The notes under the pieces are model-generated. The model saw only the letters and a list, made by a program, of their open reading frames with translations, was not told the origin of the DNA and did not search any database. The position numbers and the translations under genes are program-made. Positions 9,633 through 18,207 of a stretch of 42,159 bases of DNA are shown here, in pieces. Position 1 is the first letter of the stretch, and the number at the start of each line of letters is the position of its first letter. The stretch is from Bifidobacterium breve (GTDB taxonomy: Bacteria; Actinomycetota; Actinomycetes; S36-B12): the NCBI GenBank assembly GCA_945861775.1, contig CAMAVT010000003.1, positions 1 to 42,159 on the forward strand. Reading direction: 5' to 3'.

Positions 9633-9640
9633 ACCAGGCA

Positions 9641-9928
9641 CTAACCTTCGAGCGGAATTCGAATTTCTTCGTCGCGCGCGATTAAGTTTCCATCAGCATC
9701 GTAAACACTGATGATTTCATCTTCAATTACCAAGTCACCGTCGGCATCGAGTACATCGATAATTTCGTCGACTATTGAACCCTGAGGGCCGGTAGCAACG
9801 ATAATTTCGTCAGCAATGGCACCGACAACTTCACCATTTTCGTCGAGCACAATGTTGATTGACAAGTCGTCGCCAACTTCAATTTCATTTGGATCCACAA
9901 TTTCGTTTTCCACAATTCTCGCTTTCAT
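9641..9928 (-). CDS. Small, highly acidic hypothetical protein
   Basis: 95 aa rich in D/E/I/V with repeated (L/Y)D.(D/N)G turns. GAGTGGA lies upstream of the ATG; co-oriented directly downstream of glpD. Confidence 0.75.
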   Translation of the reverse strand: MKARIVENEIVDPNEIEVGDDLSINIVLDENGEVVGAIADEIIVATGPQGSIVDEIIDVLDADGDLVIEDEIISVYDADGNLIARDEEIRIPLEG

Positions 9929-9948
9929 TCCACTCGATTACTTGATGG

Positions 9949-11673
9949 TCAAACTTTAGTGAGACGCACGTCGCGTACGTGATTGCGGGCTGCCATTGCG
10001 CCAGAATCATCAACGGCTAAATGTGCCTTTAGTTCAGCAGCAACCCGATCCTGGTAATGCGTGAGTTCTGCCTCGGTTCGCTCCTGACTCCAGCCAAGTT
10101 CAGCACCCATGATTTGAGCCACCTCTTCGGCTGCTTCCAAGCCTTGATCGGGTGTTTCAATTGAGAGGTGGGTTCGCCGGGTCAAAATGTCGTCGATGTG
10201 CAGTGCGCCTTCATGGGTCACCGCATATAAAGCCTCGACCCGCAGGTAGCCCGCTCCACCTGCTATCGGCTGGGCAAGTTCAGGACGGTACTTCAAGATC
10301 GAAATAAGGTCACCCACCATCGATCCGTAACGGCCGAGTAGGTGTTCGATTCCTTTGGTGTTGAGCCCAAAGTTTTTTCCCGTTGCCCTCAACTCGGTTT
10401 GGACTTGATCAAAGTTCGTCGCGCCTATTAGCAAAATGTCTTCTGTTTCGGATTGGGGAACGCCTTGAAGCAGGCCGCGACTTTCGAGGTCAACGACTGC
10501 GGCATTGACTGCGTCTTCGGCCATAATCCGATAAGTGGTGTATTTGCCACCCGCAATTGTGGTGAAACCAGGAACGCTCGTTTCAACTGCATGCTCCCGG
10601 CTCAGGTCACTGGTCGCACCCTCTTTGCCCTTGATCAGCGGACGCAGGCCGGCATAGACGCCATCGATATCGTCGACAGTGAGTCCAACATTAAGAACGC
10701 GGTTAACATTTCGTAGAAGGTACTCAATGTCGGTGGCGCTTGCGGCCGGGTGATCCAGTCCTAGCTCCCAAGGAGTGTCAGTTGTTCCAATAAGCCAATG
10801 AGCTCCCCATGTGCGAATAAACAACACGCTGTCTTCGGCTCTGACGAATACCGAGACTTCCGAATCAATCCGGTCACGTGGAACCAAGATGTGAACACCT
10901 TTTGAGGCTTGCACGGAGAAGTCTGAGTTACCACCAGCCATTTTTTGAAGTGAGTCGGTCCACACTCCGGTTGCGTTGATGACCGTCTTAGCCGAGATGT
11001 GAAATTCACTTCCGTTTTCTAGATCCTTCACATCAGCGCCGGTGACGGCTCCCGTTTGGTCATGGGAGATGCCAATAACTTTGAGTGCTGTTGCTGCCAC
11101 GGCGCCGTATGCGGCGGCCGTGCGGACTAGTTCCAGCGTGTGGCGCGAGTCGTCCACTTGGGCATCAAAAAACGAAATACCTCCGACCAAACTCTTCTTC
11201 GATAAACCGGGAGCGCGTTCAAGTACTTGCTTGCGACTCAATTGTTTATGACGTGGGACTGCACCTGCTCCACCGATCGTGTCATAGAGAAAAAGCCCTG
11301 CGCCCATGTACGCGCGCTCCCAAATACGATGTTCGATTGGGTAAATGAATTCAATTGGGCGGACGAGGTGTGGGCATAATTTCTCCAGCATGAGACTGCG
11401 CTCATTTAATGCCTCGCGGACCAAACCAAAGTTGAACTGCTCAAGGTAGCGCAGCCCGCCGTGGAAAAGCTTGCCCGAACGACTCGAAGTTCCTGCTGCC
11501 CAATCTCGCATTTCAATCAGTGCGACACTTAAACCGCGGGAAGCTGCATCAAGAGCGCACCCGGCTCCGGTAACGCCACCACCGATCACCAACACGTCAA
11601 ATTCTTGGTCGGCTAACGCCGCCAAAGCGCCTTCGCGCTGGCTAGGGCCAAGGATCGAATTCACTAATTCCAC
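9949..11673 (-). CDS. glpD: FAD-dependent glycerol-3-phosphate dehydrogenase/oxidase
   Basis: DVLVIGGGVTGAG.ALDAASRG, GTSSRS.KL.HGGLRYLE, SKGVH, IGTTDT, YAGLRPL, GGKYTTYR.MAE. GTG 11673 has a GAGGA RBS. Confidence 0.9.
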   Translation of the reverse strand: MELVNSILGPSQREGALAALADQEFDVLVIGGGVTGAGCALDAASRGLSVALIEMRDWAAGTSSRSGKLFHGGLRYLEQFNFGLVREALNERSLMLEKLCPHLVRPIEFIYPIEHRIWERAYMGAGLFLYDTIGGAGAVPRHKQLSRKQVLERAPGLSKKSLVGGISFFDAQVDDSRHTLELVRTAAAYGAVAATALKVIGISHDQTGAVTGADVKDLENGSEFHISAKTVINATGVWTDSLQKMAGGNSDFSVQASKGVHILVPRDRIDSEVSVFVRAEDSVLFIRTWGAHWLIGTTDTPWELGLDHPAASATDIEYLLRNVNRVLNVGLTVDDIDGVYAGLRPLIKGKEGATSDLSREHAVETSVPGFTTIAGGKYTTYRIMAEDAVNAAVVDLESRGLLQGVPQSETEDILLIGATNFDQVQTELRATGKNFGLNTKGIEHLLGRYGSMVGDLISILKYRPELAQPIAGGAGYLRVEALYAVTHEGALHIDDILTRRTHLSIETPDQGLEAAEEVAQIMGAELGWSQERTEAELTHYQDRVAAELKAHLAVDDSGAMAARNHVRDVRLTKV

Positions 11674-11768
11674 CTGCGCATCCTCGCAGGTCACCGATAG
11701 CGCTCCCCTCCTATGTACACGAGTGAGCAGGTTGAGCAACGATCAGTGATCCGACTTAGAGTGGGATA

Positions 11769-14294
11769 GTGATCTTTGCCCGGCGCCTGCTCGTAATCGG
11801 CTCTGCGCTCGTTCTTTCTGGAGTGGTCTGCGGATTGGTCATTCCGCCAGCCGCCCAGGCCGCGGGCGAACCCGAAGCGCTGAGAATTGCCGGTGGGCCC
11901 ACTTCGGCATTAGACCAAACCCCCGTTGAGCTCGACGCGGATCTATATCTGCCCGAGCAGCTTCCAGCGCCAGCCGTTGTTCTGGCCCACGGTTTCGGTG
12001 GAGACAAGGCCGGCAGTGCCGACCAGGCTATAAAACTGGCACAGTCTGGGTTTGTGGTCGTGACCTACTCGGCCCGCGGCTTCGGGGACTCGACCGGACT
12101 AATCTCAATGAATTCGCCCGACTTCGAAGTCGCCGACGCTTCCCGGATAATCGACTTTTTGGCCCAACGAAGTGAAGTTACCCAAGACGGTGCCGATGAC
12201 CCGCGCGTTGGGTTTGCCGGTGGGTCCTACGGTGGCGCTCTCGCATTACTTGTTGCCGGCTACGACGATCGGGTAGACGCGCTCGCCTCGGATATTACAT
12301 GGAATGATTTAGAGTCCTCGCTTTTCGGCCAAAGCATTCAAGGTTCAACTCAACTCGGTGTATACAAAAACTTGTGGACCGGTTTCTTTTTCAGTGTGGG
12401 CCTTCGTAATACCGATGGAAAAGTAACGCGCTGTGGAAGATTTAGTCCGCAGTGGTGCAACGCCTACACACAGTCGGCAACAACTGCCCAGGTAACCGAA
12501 ATGAACCGCGCATTGATGCGGGAATCCTCACCCATCAGTATCACTGACAAGATCACCGCACCGTCACTCATAAGTGGTGGGCAGGCTGACTCACTCTTTC
12601 CGCTCGCACAAACAAATGCCAATGCACAACAAATCATGGCAGCGTCTCCACAAACGCCCGTTTCAGTTCTATGGCACGGAATGGGCCACGATGGTGGCAC
12701 AAATGAACGGGACCGACTGGAAACATCGATAATTAATTGGTTCGAGAAGTACCTACAAGAAGCTCCCGAGAACCCAGCCGTAACCGAACCCTTTGAAGTG
12801 ACACTTACTTCGGGCGAAATCTCGATCCAAAACAATCAACCCAAGCCCACCGTTATTGCCGGCGCCAACTACCCGGGACTTTTTGGCAGCGAACAACAGT
12901 CAATACCCGTACTGGGTCCGCCACAACAGATCCTGTCACCCGCAGGTGCAAGCCCAGCCGCAATAAGTTCAATCCCAGGGTTTGGTGGTTCACTAGCCGG
13001 AAACCTTGGCTCACTTCTCTCCAATTCCTTCCCGGGTCAGAGTGCATTTTTCCAGTCGAAACCACTTGAGACTGCCACCGAAATAATTGGTTCTAGTCAA
13101 GTTGAAATCGTTTTCTCATCTGAAGAAACGGTCAACGACGCCGTCTTCTTTTTGAGTCTGCAGGTTGTCGGGGCTAGTGGTCGCGCAAGTTTGCCCCAGG
13201 GACTCGTCGCACCGGTGAGATTCGATTCATTGGGAACCACGCCCCAGGTCGTTACCGTGGATCTCCCCGCTATTGCCCTAACAGCAAACGCGGGTGACTC
13301 ACTCCGCCTAGTTGTGAGCACCACAGACCTGGCCTACCGGATGCCACTTGACGAGCGCCTCTACACCGTTGCAATGACTCAAGGCGCGATTAGTGTTCCA
13401 CTGGTTACAGATTTAACCCCCGTTGGCGGCGCCGATGCAACCTTTGCGTGGCTGCTATTAATTATTCCAGCCCTCGCAATCGCGGGTGTGATTCTGTTTG
13501 TGCTGCGTCCGCGTGAACCAAAGCCAGCGCACGAGAATGCTTACGCCGACTCAATAAATGATCCACCCGTAGTGATTGAAGGTCTCTACAAAACTTATAA
13601 AGGCGGATACCAAGCGGTCAAGGGGGTCAGCTTCGAAGTTCCGCGCGGTGTTGTCTTAGGCCTGCTGGGTCCGAACGGCGCTGGAAAAACCACAACGATG
13701 CGAATGATGATGGGCCTGATCGCTCCCACCCAGGGAGAGATCACCCTGTTTGGACATCCAGTATTTTTTGGCTCCCCCGTTCTTTCGCGGGTGGGTGCAC
13801 TCGTGGAGGGCGCTGGATTCCTGCCGCACCTCAGTGGACGTGAAAACCTGGAAATTTACTGGAAAGCATCTGGTCGAGTTGGCGAACCCTACTTCGACGA
13901 AGTTCTGGAAATTGCGGATCTCGGCACGGCAATTGACCGCAAGGTAAAGGCATATAGCCAGGGCATGCGCCAACGATTGGGAATCGCCCAAGCGATGTTG
14001 GGAAAACCCGATCTGCTTGTGCTCGATGAACCAACCAACGGTCTTGATCCACCCCAGATTAAATCGATGCGAGAGGTCATGAAGAGTTACGCCGACACTG
14101 GTCGCACGGTTATTGTTTCTAGTCACATGCTCAGCGAGGTTGAACAAACATGTTCGCACGTCGTGGTCATGCATCGAGGTCAACTCATTGCAACAGGCAA
14201 GGTCGCTGATCTACTCGCCGGTCGCACGGGTGGCCGACTGGAAGATGTCTTCCTTGACATGATCGGCGAGGACTTGACGGTGGGTCAATCATGA
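11769..14294 (+). CDS. CocE/NonD (S15) alpha/beta hydrolase - TM helix - ABC ATPase fusion
   Basis: Signal peptide, HGFGG, SARGFG, nucleophile GGSYGG, DSLF, GHDGG. One TM helix (FAWLLLIIPALAIAGVILFVL), then Walker A GPNGAGKTT, YSQGM, LLVLDEPTNGLDP and SSH. Confidence 0.88.
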   Translation: MIFARRLLVIGSALVLSGVVCGLVIPPAAQAAGEPEALRIAGGPTSALDQTPVELDADLYLPEQLPAPAVVLAHGFGGDKAGSADQAIKLAQSGFVVVTYSARGFGDSTGLISMNSPDFEVADASRIIDFLAQRSEVTQDGADDPRVGFAGGSYGGALALLVAGYDDRVDALASDITWNDLESSLFGQSIQGSTQLGVYKNLWTGFFFSVGLRNTDGKVTRCGRFSPQWCNAYTQSATTAQVTEMNRALMRESSPISITDKITAPSLISGGQADSLFPLAQTNANAQQIMAASPQTPVSVLWHGMGHDGGTNERDRLETSIINWFEKYLQEAPENPAVTEPFEVTLTSGEISIQNNQPKPTVIAGANYPGLFGSEQQSIPVLGPPQQILSPAGASPAAISSIPGFGGSLAGNLGSLLSNSFPGQSAFFQSKPLETATEIIGSSQVEIVFSSEETVNDAVFFLSLQVVGASGRASLPQGLVAPVRFDSLGTTPQVVTVDLPAIALTANAGDSLRLVVSTTDLAYRMPLDERLYTVAMTQGAISVPLVTDLTPVGGADATFAWLLLIIPALAIAGVILFVLRPREPKPAHENAYADSINDPPVVIEGLYKTYKGGYQAVKGVSFEVPRGVVLGLLGPNGAGKTTTMRMMMGLIAPTQGEITLFGHPVFFGSPVLSRVGALVEGAGFLPHLSGRENLEIYWKASGRVGEPYFDEVLEIADLGTAIDRKVKAYSQGMRQRLGIAQAMLGKPDLLVLDEPTNGLDPPQIKSMREVMKSYADTGRTVIVSSHMLSEVEQTCSHVVVMHRGQLIATGKVADLLAGRTGGRLEDVFLDMIGEDLTVGQS

Positions 14295-15136
14295 AAACTA
14301 AGAAAGCACTTCCTTTCCGGGTCGAATTGATTCGGCAACTCAAGCGCAAGCGCACCCTAATTGCGTTAATTCTCCTGATCGCACTTCCCCTGATCGTGGT
14401 AACGGCCGTCAAGTTTGGCCCCTCCTCTGACAGCAACAATGGTGGTGGCGGATTCGGCGACGGTGACCTTGACCTGGTGGGCTTAGCCACCTCCGGTGGA
14501 TGGAACTTCGCACTGACCATGATGTTTTTTGCATCCGGCTTCCTGCTTCTCATCCTTGTCGCAATGTTCGCGGGTGACACTGTTGCAAGTGAAGCTTCCT
14601 GGTCAACCTTGCGCTATCTCCTGATCGCTCCAGTTCCTCGCAGGCGATTACTGACCATCAAGTTAGCTGTGGCATTGTTGTTGTCGTTTGTTTCGATTGT
14701 GGTGTTGGTTGGATTTTCCTATCTTGTGGGACTAGTCGCTTTTGGCAGCGGAAATCTTGCCACTCCAACAGCCGGTGTTTTCAGCAATTCTGAGGCGCTA
14801 TGGCGAATGTCGATTATTTCGGTGTACATCTTTATTACCCTTTTGTTCGCTGCAGGCATTGCGTTCCTTTTGAGTGTCCTGACAGACGTTCCACTGGGAG
14901 CGGTGGGTGGTGCTGTTGTCATCGTTATCGTGTGCAATATTCTCGATGCAATTGATGCACTCGGGGACCTCAGACAATGGCTTCCCACCGATTACGGTTC
15001 CGCTTGGATTGGCGCCCTCAACCGTGAAATTGACTGGACCGGCATGTCCCGTGGCGTTGCCTACTCCGTGGTGAGCTTCATTATTTTTATCACGATTGCC
15101 TACTGGCGTTTTGATCGCAAGGACATCACTTCCTAA
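14291..15136 (+). CDS. ABC-2 type transporter permease
   Basis: About 6 TM helices, GD.VASEA.W.TLRYLL..PV.R.RLL..K motif, C-terminal F.RKDI. ATGA-coupled to the upstream fusion gene. Confidence 0.88.
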   Translation: MKTKKALPFRVELIRQLKRKRTLIALILLIALPLIVVTAVKFGPSSDSNNGGGGFGDGDLDLVGLATSGGWNFALTMMFFASGFLLLILVAMFAGDTVASEASWSTLRYLLIAPVPRRRLLTIKLAVALLLSFVSIVVLVGFSYLVGLVAFGSGNLATPTAGVFSNSEALWRMSIISVYIFITLLFAAGIAFLLSVLTDVPLGAVGGAVVIVIVCNILDAIDALGDLRQWLPTDYGSAWIGALNREIDWTGMSRGVAYSVVSFIIFITIAYWRFDRKDITS

Positions 15137-15162
15137 GATAAAATACGTAAAAAGGAGAAGAA

Positions 15163-15357
15163 ATGATTTCAATCAATATTGATATGGACTCTTGCCAGAA
15201 CTACGGGCAGTGCGTATTTGAAGCTGAGGACATTTTTCAACTCGATGACGCCGGAAACATCCAATACACCAAGGAAGTCCCCGACGACCGTCTCGAAGAC
15301 GTTGAGAGCGCCGTTGACGTTTGCCCTATGCAGGCAATCAGCTTCACGACCACTTAA
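15163..15357 (+). CDS. Small [3Fe-4S]-type ferredoxin
   Basis: C-QNY-GQC...CP motif with the second Cys replaced by Tyr; AGGAG RBS. Confidence 0.88.
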   Translation: MISINIDMDSCQNYGQCVFEAEDIFQLDDAGNIQYTKEVPDDRLEDVESAVDVCPMQAISFTTT

Positions 15358-15382
15358 GGCTCGGGGCTTCACGCACATCCAA

Positions 15383-15412
15383 CACCCTATATTTAGAGCA
15401 CCCTATATTTAG
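15383..15412. repeat. 14-bp perfect direct repeat CACCCTATATTTAG x2 (16-bp period)
   Basis: Copies at 15383-15396 and 15399-15412, in the intergenic region before the AhpD-like gene. Confidence 0.85.
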
Positions 15413-15443
15413 TGGTTGAAAGCTAATTGGTTAAGGAGAAACA

Positions 15444-16394
15444 ATGCCCGTTGATTCTCCATTACCAACGGCATTGAGGGGACTCCGGCCCGAAGCCGTT
15501 GATCTGCTCGTGCAGGCGAACAAATGTGCTCAAAGCGTCGTTGATCCCTACCTGCTGGCGCTCCTTCGGCTACGAATCGATTCGCTGATCGGCGATGGAG
15601 CTTTGACACAGGATCCATTTCCTGAAGGTGGCAGTGATCTCACTGCCAGACAGAGCGTCGCGCTTTCATTCGCCGAACAGTTCATTATTGATGTGAGTGG
15701 AATAAACGAAACCGACCGCGAATCTCTTGCCGAGTACTTTCCGGGTGAAGAAATGCGTGAGTTCATCACCGCTCTGTATATCCTCGAATGCACATATCGA
15801 TTAACACTCGTTGCGCGCGAGCTGCTCACTGATGAATCAGTGCCGGCTGACACTATTGACTTCGAAATAATGGCACCGAACTCCAATGAACAGCCGAACA
15901 TTCGCCGCTCGCTCAAGGATTACCAGGATGCCGTTGTGCGCGGGACAGATCTGGACCCGATAACCACCGAACTTGTCCGGCTCCGATGCGCGCGAACCCA
16001 CAATTGCCGGATCTGCCAAACACTCCGTCTTTCCGATGCACGCGCGGCGGGAGCAAGTGACACGATGACCGAAAAAGTGGACTTCTATGAGCTGAGCAAT
16101 CTTGATGAAAATTACAAAATTGCATTACGGATCACAGATGCCTTTATATCTCGACCTGACACTCTCTCTGCGGAAACGATAGTTGCGGCCCGCACCAACT
16201 ATTCACCCGCTCAACTCGCAGAAATGTGTCTTGACATAACTAAATGGAGCACTCAGAAGATCCACGTCGCGTTGGGAACTGACGGAGCAGACGCGGTTCC
16301 CAAAAATGAACAGGGCCTGAGCTTTTTCGGATTCGACGACCTTGGCCAAGTTACCGGTTATTCACCGACACCGACGGGGAAGGATGCACCATGA
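15444..16394 (+). CDS. Two-domain carboxymuconolactone decarboxylase/AhpD-like protein
   Basis: Two CMD-like repeats (VDP....L.RLR; LDP...ELVRLRCARTHNCRIC). CxxC is present only in the second repeat. AAGGAG RBS. Confidence 0.75.
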   Translation: MPVDSPLPTALRGLRPEAVDLLVQANKCAQSVVDPYLLALLRLRIDSLIGDGALTQDPFPEGGSDLTARQSVALSFAEQFIIDVSGINETDRESLAEYFPGEEMREFITALYILECTYRLTLVARELLTDESVPADTIDFEIMAPNSNEQPNIRRSLKDYQDAVVRGTDLDPITTELVRLRCARTHNCRICQTLRLSDARAAGASDTMTEKVDFYELSNLDENYKIALRITDAFISRPDTLSAETIVAARTNYSPAQLAEMCLDITKWSTQKIHVALGTDGADAVPKNEQGLSFFGFDDLGQVTGYSPTPTGKDAP

Positions 16395-17146
16395 CACTCC
16401 CGAACACTGCGGTTATCACCGGAGGTGGGACCGGTATCGGCGCGGCCGTTGCCCACACCCTTGCTGCGTCATGCTCCGTGATAGTTCTCGTTGGTCGCCG
16501 CCAGGATCGACTTGACGCAATGGCCAGTGAGCTCAAGGCTTCACACCCCGGTGTGACCGTCCATGGGCGAAGCGTGGATCTCACGGATATTGATTCCGTG
16601 ACCGCATTTATCGAGTGGGCGCACCAAGAATTGCCTCAGGTTAACGTCGTGGTGAATAACGCCGGTGCGGCTCAACCACAGATTGAGAAGGGGCTCACCT
16701 CCGTGGCCTCGGCCTGGGAGGCCACCTGGCGCGCCAACACATTGAGCTCGGTTCTGGTCACCGAGGGCCTGAAAGACCTTCTTGCCCGGCCCGGTGGTCG
16801 CATCATCATGATCGGGTCATTTGCGGCTGAACTCGGTACCGGCAGCCCGGCCTACGCCTCAGCCAAAGGAGCGCTTCAGGCTTATGCAATCTCATTGATG
16901 CGCGAACTTGGCTCCCAAGGCATCACCGCGAACGTAGTGGCTCCTGGGTTCACCGACGGAACCGAACTGTTGGCAGGTCGTATTTCTCCCGAACGAAGGG
17001 AGCGACTTCTTACGAGCATCTCTGCACGCCGACCAGGCACCCCCGAAGAAATTGCCAGCCTTGTTGGTTATCTGGCATCACCGCTGGCCGGATTCATCAA
17101 TGGTGAGCTCATTACGGCTAATGGCGGAACCTACCTGTCGGGTTAA
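16391..17146 (+). CDS. Classical SDR oxidoreductase
   Basis: TGGGTGIG, NNAG, YASAK, NVVAPG. Confidence 0.9.
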   Translation: MTLPNTAVITGGGTGIGAAVAHTLAASCSVIVLVGRRQDRLDAMASELKASHPGVTVHGRSVDLTDIDSVTAFIEWAHQELPQVNVVVNNAGAAQPQIEKGLTSVASAWEATWRANTLSSVLVTEGLKDLLARPGGRIIMIGSFAAELGTGSPAYASAKGALQAYAISLMRELGSQGITANVVAPGFTDGTELLAGRISPERRERLLTSISARRPGTPEEIASLVGYLASPLAGFINGELITANGGTYLSG

Positions 17147-17206
17147 ATGATTTCCATGATTGACTAAACTGCGACGCGTTAGCGACCCGACAACACCAGG
17201 AGTGGC

Positions 17207-17632
17207 ATGAGTGCTTTTGACGAAACAGATCTCGCTCGTATCGAAGTGGCTAAAGCCTTATTTGCAGCTTGGTCAAGTGGCGACCTCGATGCTCCACGTG
17301 CCTACCTCACCGACACTCCGGTGCTATGGGACAGCATCGGTGGACTCAAAGAAGGCTGGGACGCCATTCGCGAGTATTTCGGCCATGGTCTCAAGCGCTA
17401 CCCTGACCTGAGCCTTGTTCCAACAGGTGAGTTCTGGTCACGCCCGGACGGACTCGCAATGCAATGGACATTGAGTGCCACTGTTATCGATGAAAGCCTC
17501 GGCGCTGAACATTTCGGCAAGAAGTGGTCAGCACCTGGTTTGTCATTCCTCGTGTTCGATGGTCTCAAAGTTGCTTCCGAGTATGACTATCACGACAACG
17601 GCGCACGTCAGCGTTCACTCGAATCTAGCTGA
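17207..17632 (+). CDS. SnoaL/NTF2-like protein
   Basis: A..LFAAWSSGDLD, G.DAIREYF, G.S...F....V..E.DY.D pattern; AGGAG RBS. Confidence 0.8.
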   Translation: MSAFDETDLARIEVAKALFAAWSSGDLDAPRAYLTDTPVLWDSIGGLKEGWDAIREYFGHGLKRYPDLSLVPTGEFWSRPDGLAMQWTLSATVIDESLGAEHFGKKWSAPGLSFLVFDGLKVASEYDYHDNGARQRSLESS

Positions 17633-17637
17633 GTGCG

Positions 17638-18207
17638 TTATTGACTGGCAAGGGTCCAGCGTTCCAGCAATCGTGAGTGCAGCTCTTCGACCTGTCGAGG
17701 TGTAATGCGATTTTGTGTCACGACGCGTCGGTAGAGAAACGGTGCGACAAGGTCCTCAACACACTGCGCAATATCAAGTCGAGCATCAATTAAACCTTCC
17801 TTTTGCGCGCCACGAATGATGGAAGCAGCGCGCGAACGAGTTTGTGAAAATGCTCGGCGGTGCACTTCAGCAAAGGCGTCGTCGCGCCAAGAGCCTTCAA
17901 TTAAAGCCACCAGCATCGCGGTATAGGTCGGGTCATTAAGTCGACGCGCGTAGTCGACAAGATAGTCGTGCAATCCCGTGCTTGGGTCTGCACCAAGGTT
18001 GAGTGGTTCTTGGTGCATCAACTCATCAAATGCCTCGCAGGCTAGTGCGGCCAAATCGGGCCAGTTGCGGTAGATCGTGCTTCGAGCGATACCCGATTCG
18101 GCAGCAATCCGATCGACAGTCAAACCAACTAGTCCTTCTGAAACCAAGACCTGGCTGACAGCTTGGTACACAATTGCTCGCGTACGCTCAAATCGTGCAT
18201 CGGTCAT
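17638..18207 (-). CDS. TetR/AcrR family regulator
   Basis: HTH GLTVDRIAAESGIARSTIYRNW. Confidence 0.92.
   Translation of the reverse strand: MTDARFERTRAIVYQAVSQVLVSEGLVGLTVDRIAAESGIARSTIYRNWPDLAALACEAFDELMHQEPLNLGADPSTGLHDYLVDYARRLNDPTYTAMLVALIEGSWRDDAFAEVHRRAFSQTRSRAASIIRGAQKEGLIDARLDIAQCVEDLVAPFLYRRVVTQNRITPRQVEELHSRLLERWTLASQ

Noticed and set aside
15383-15412. Direct repeats as a CRISPR remnant or IS target duplication
   Set aside because: Only two 14-bp units with a 2-nt spacer, and no cas, transposase or integrase gene in the window.
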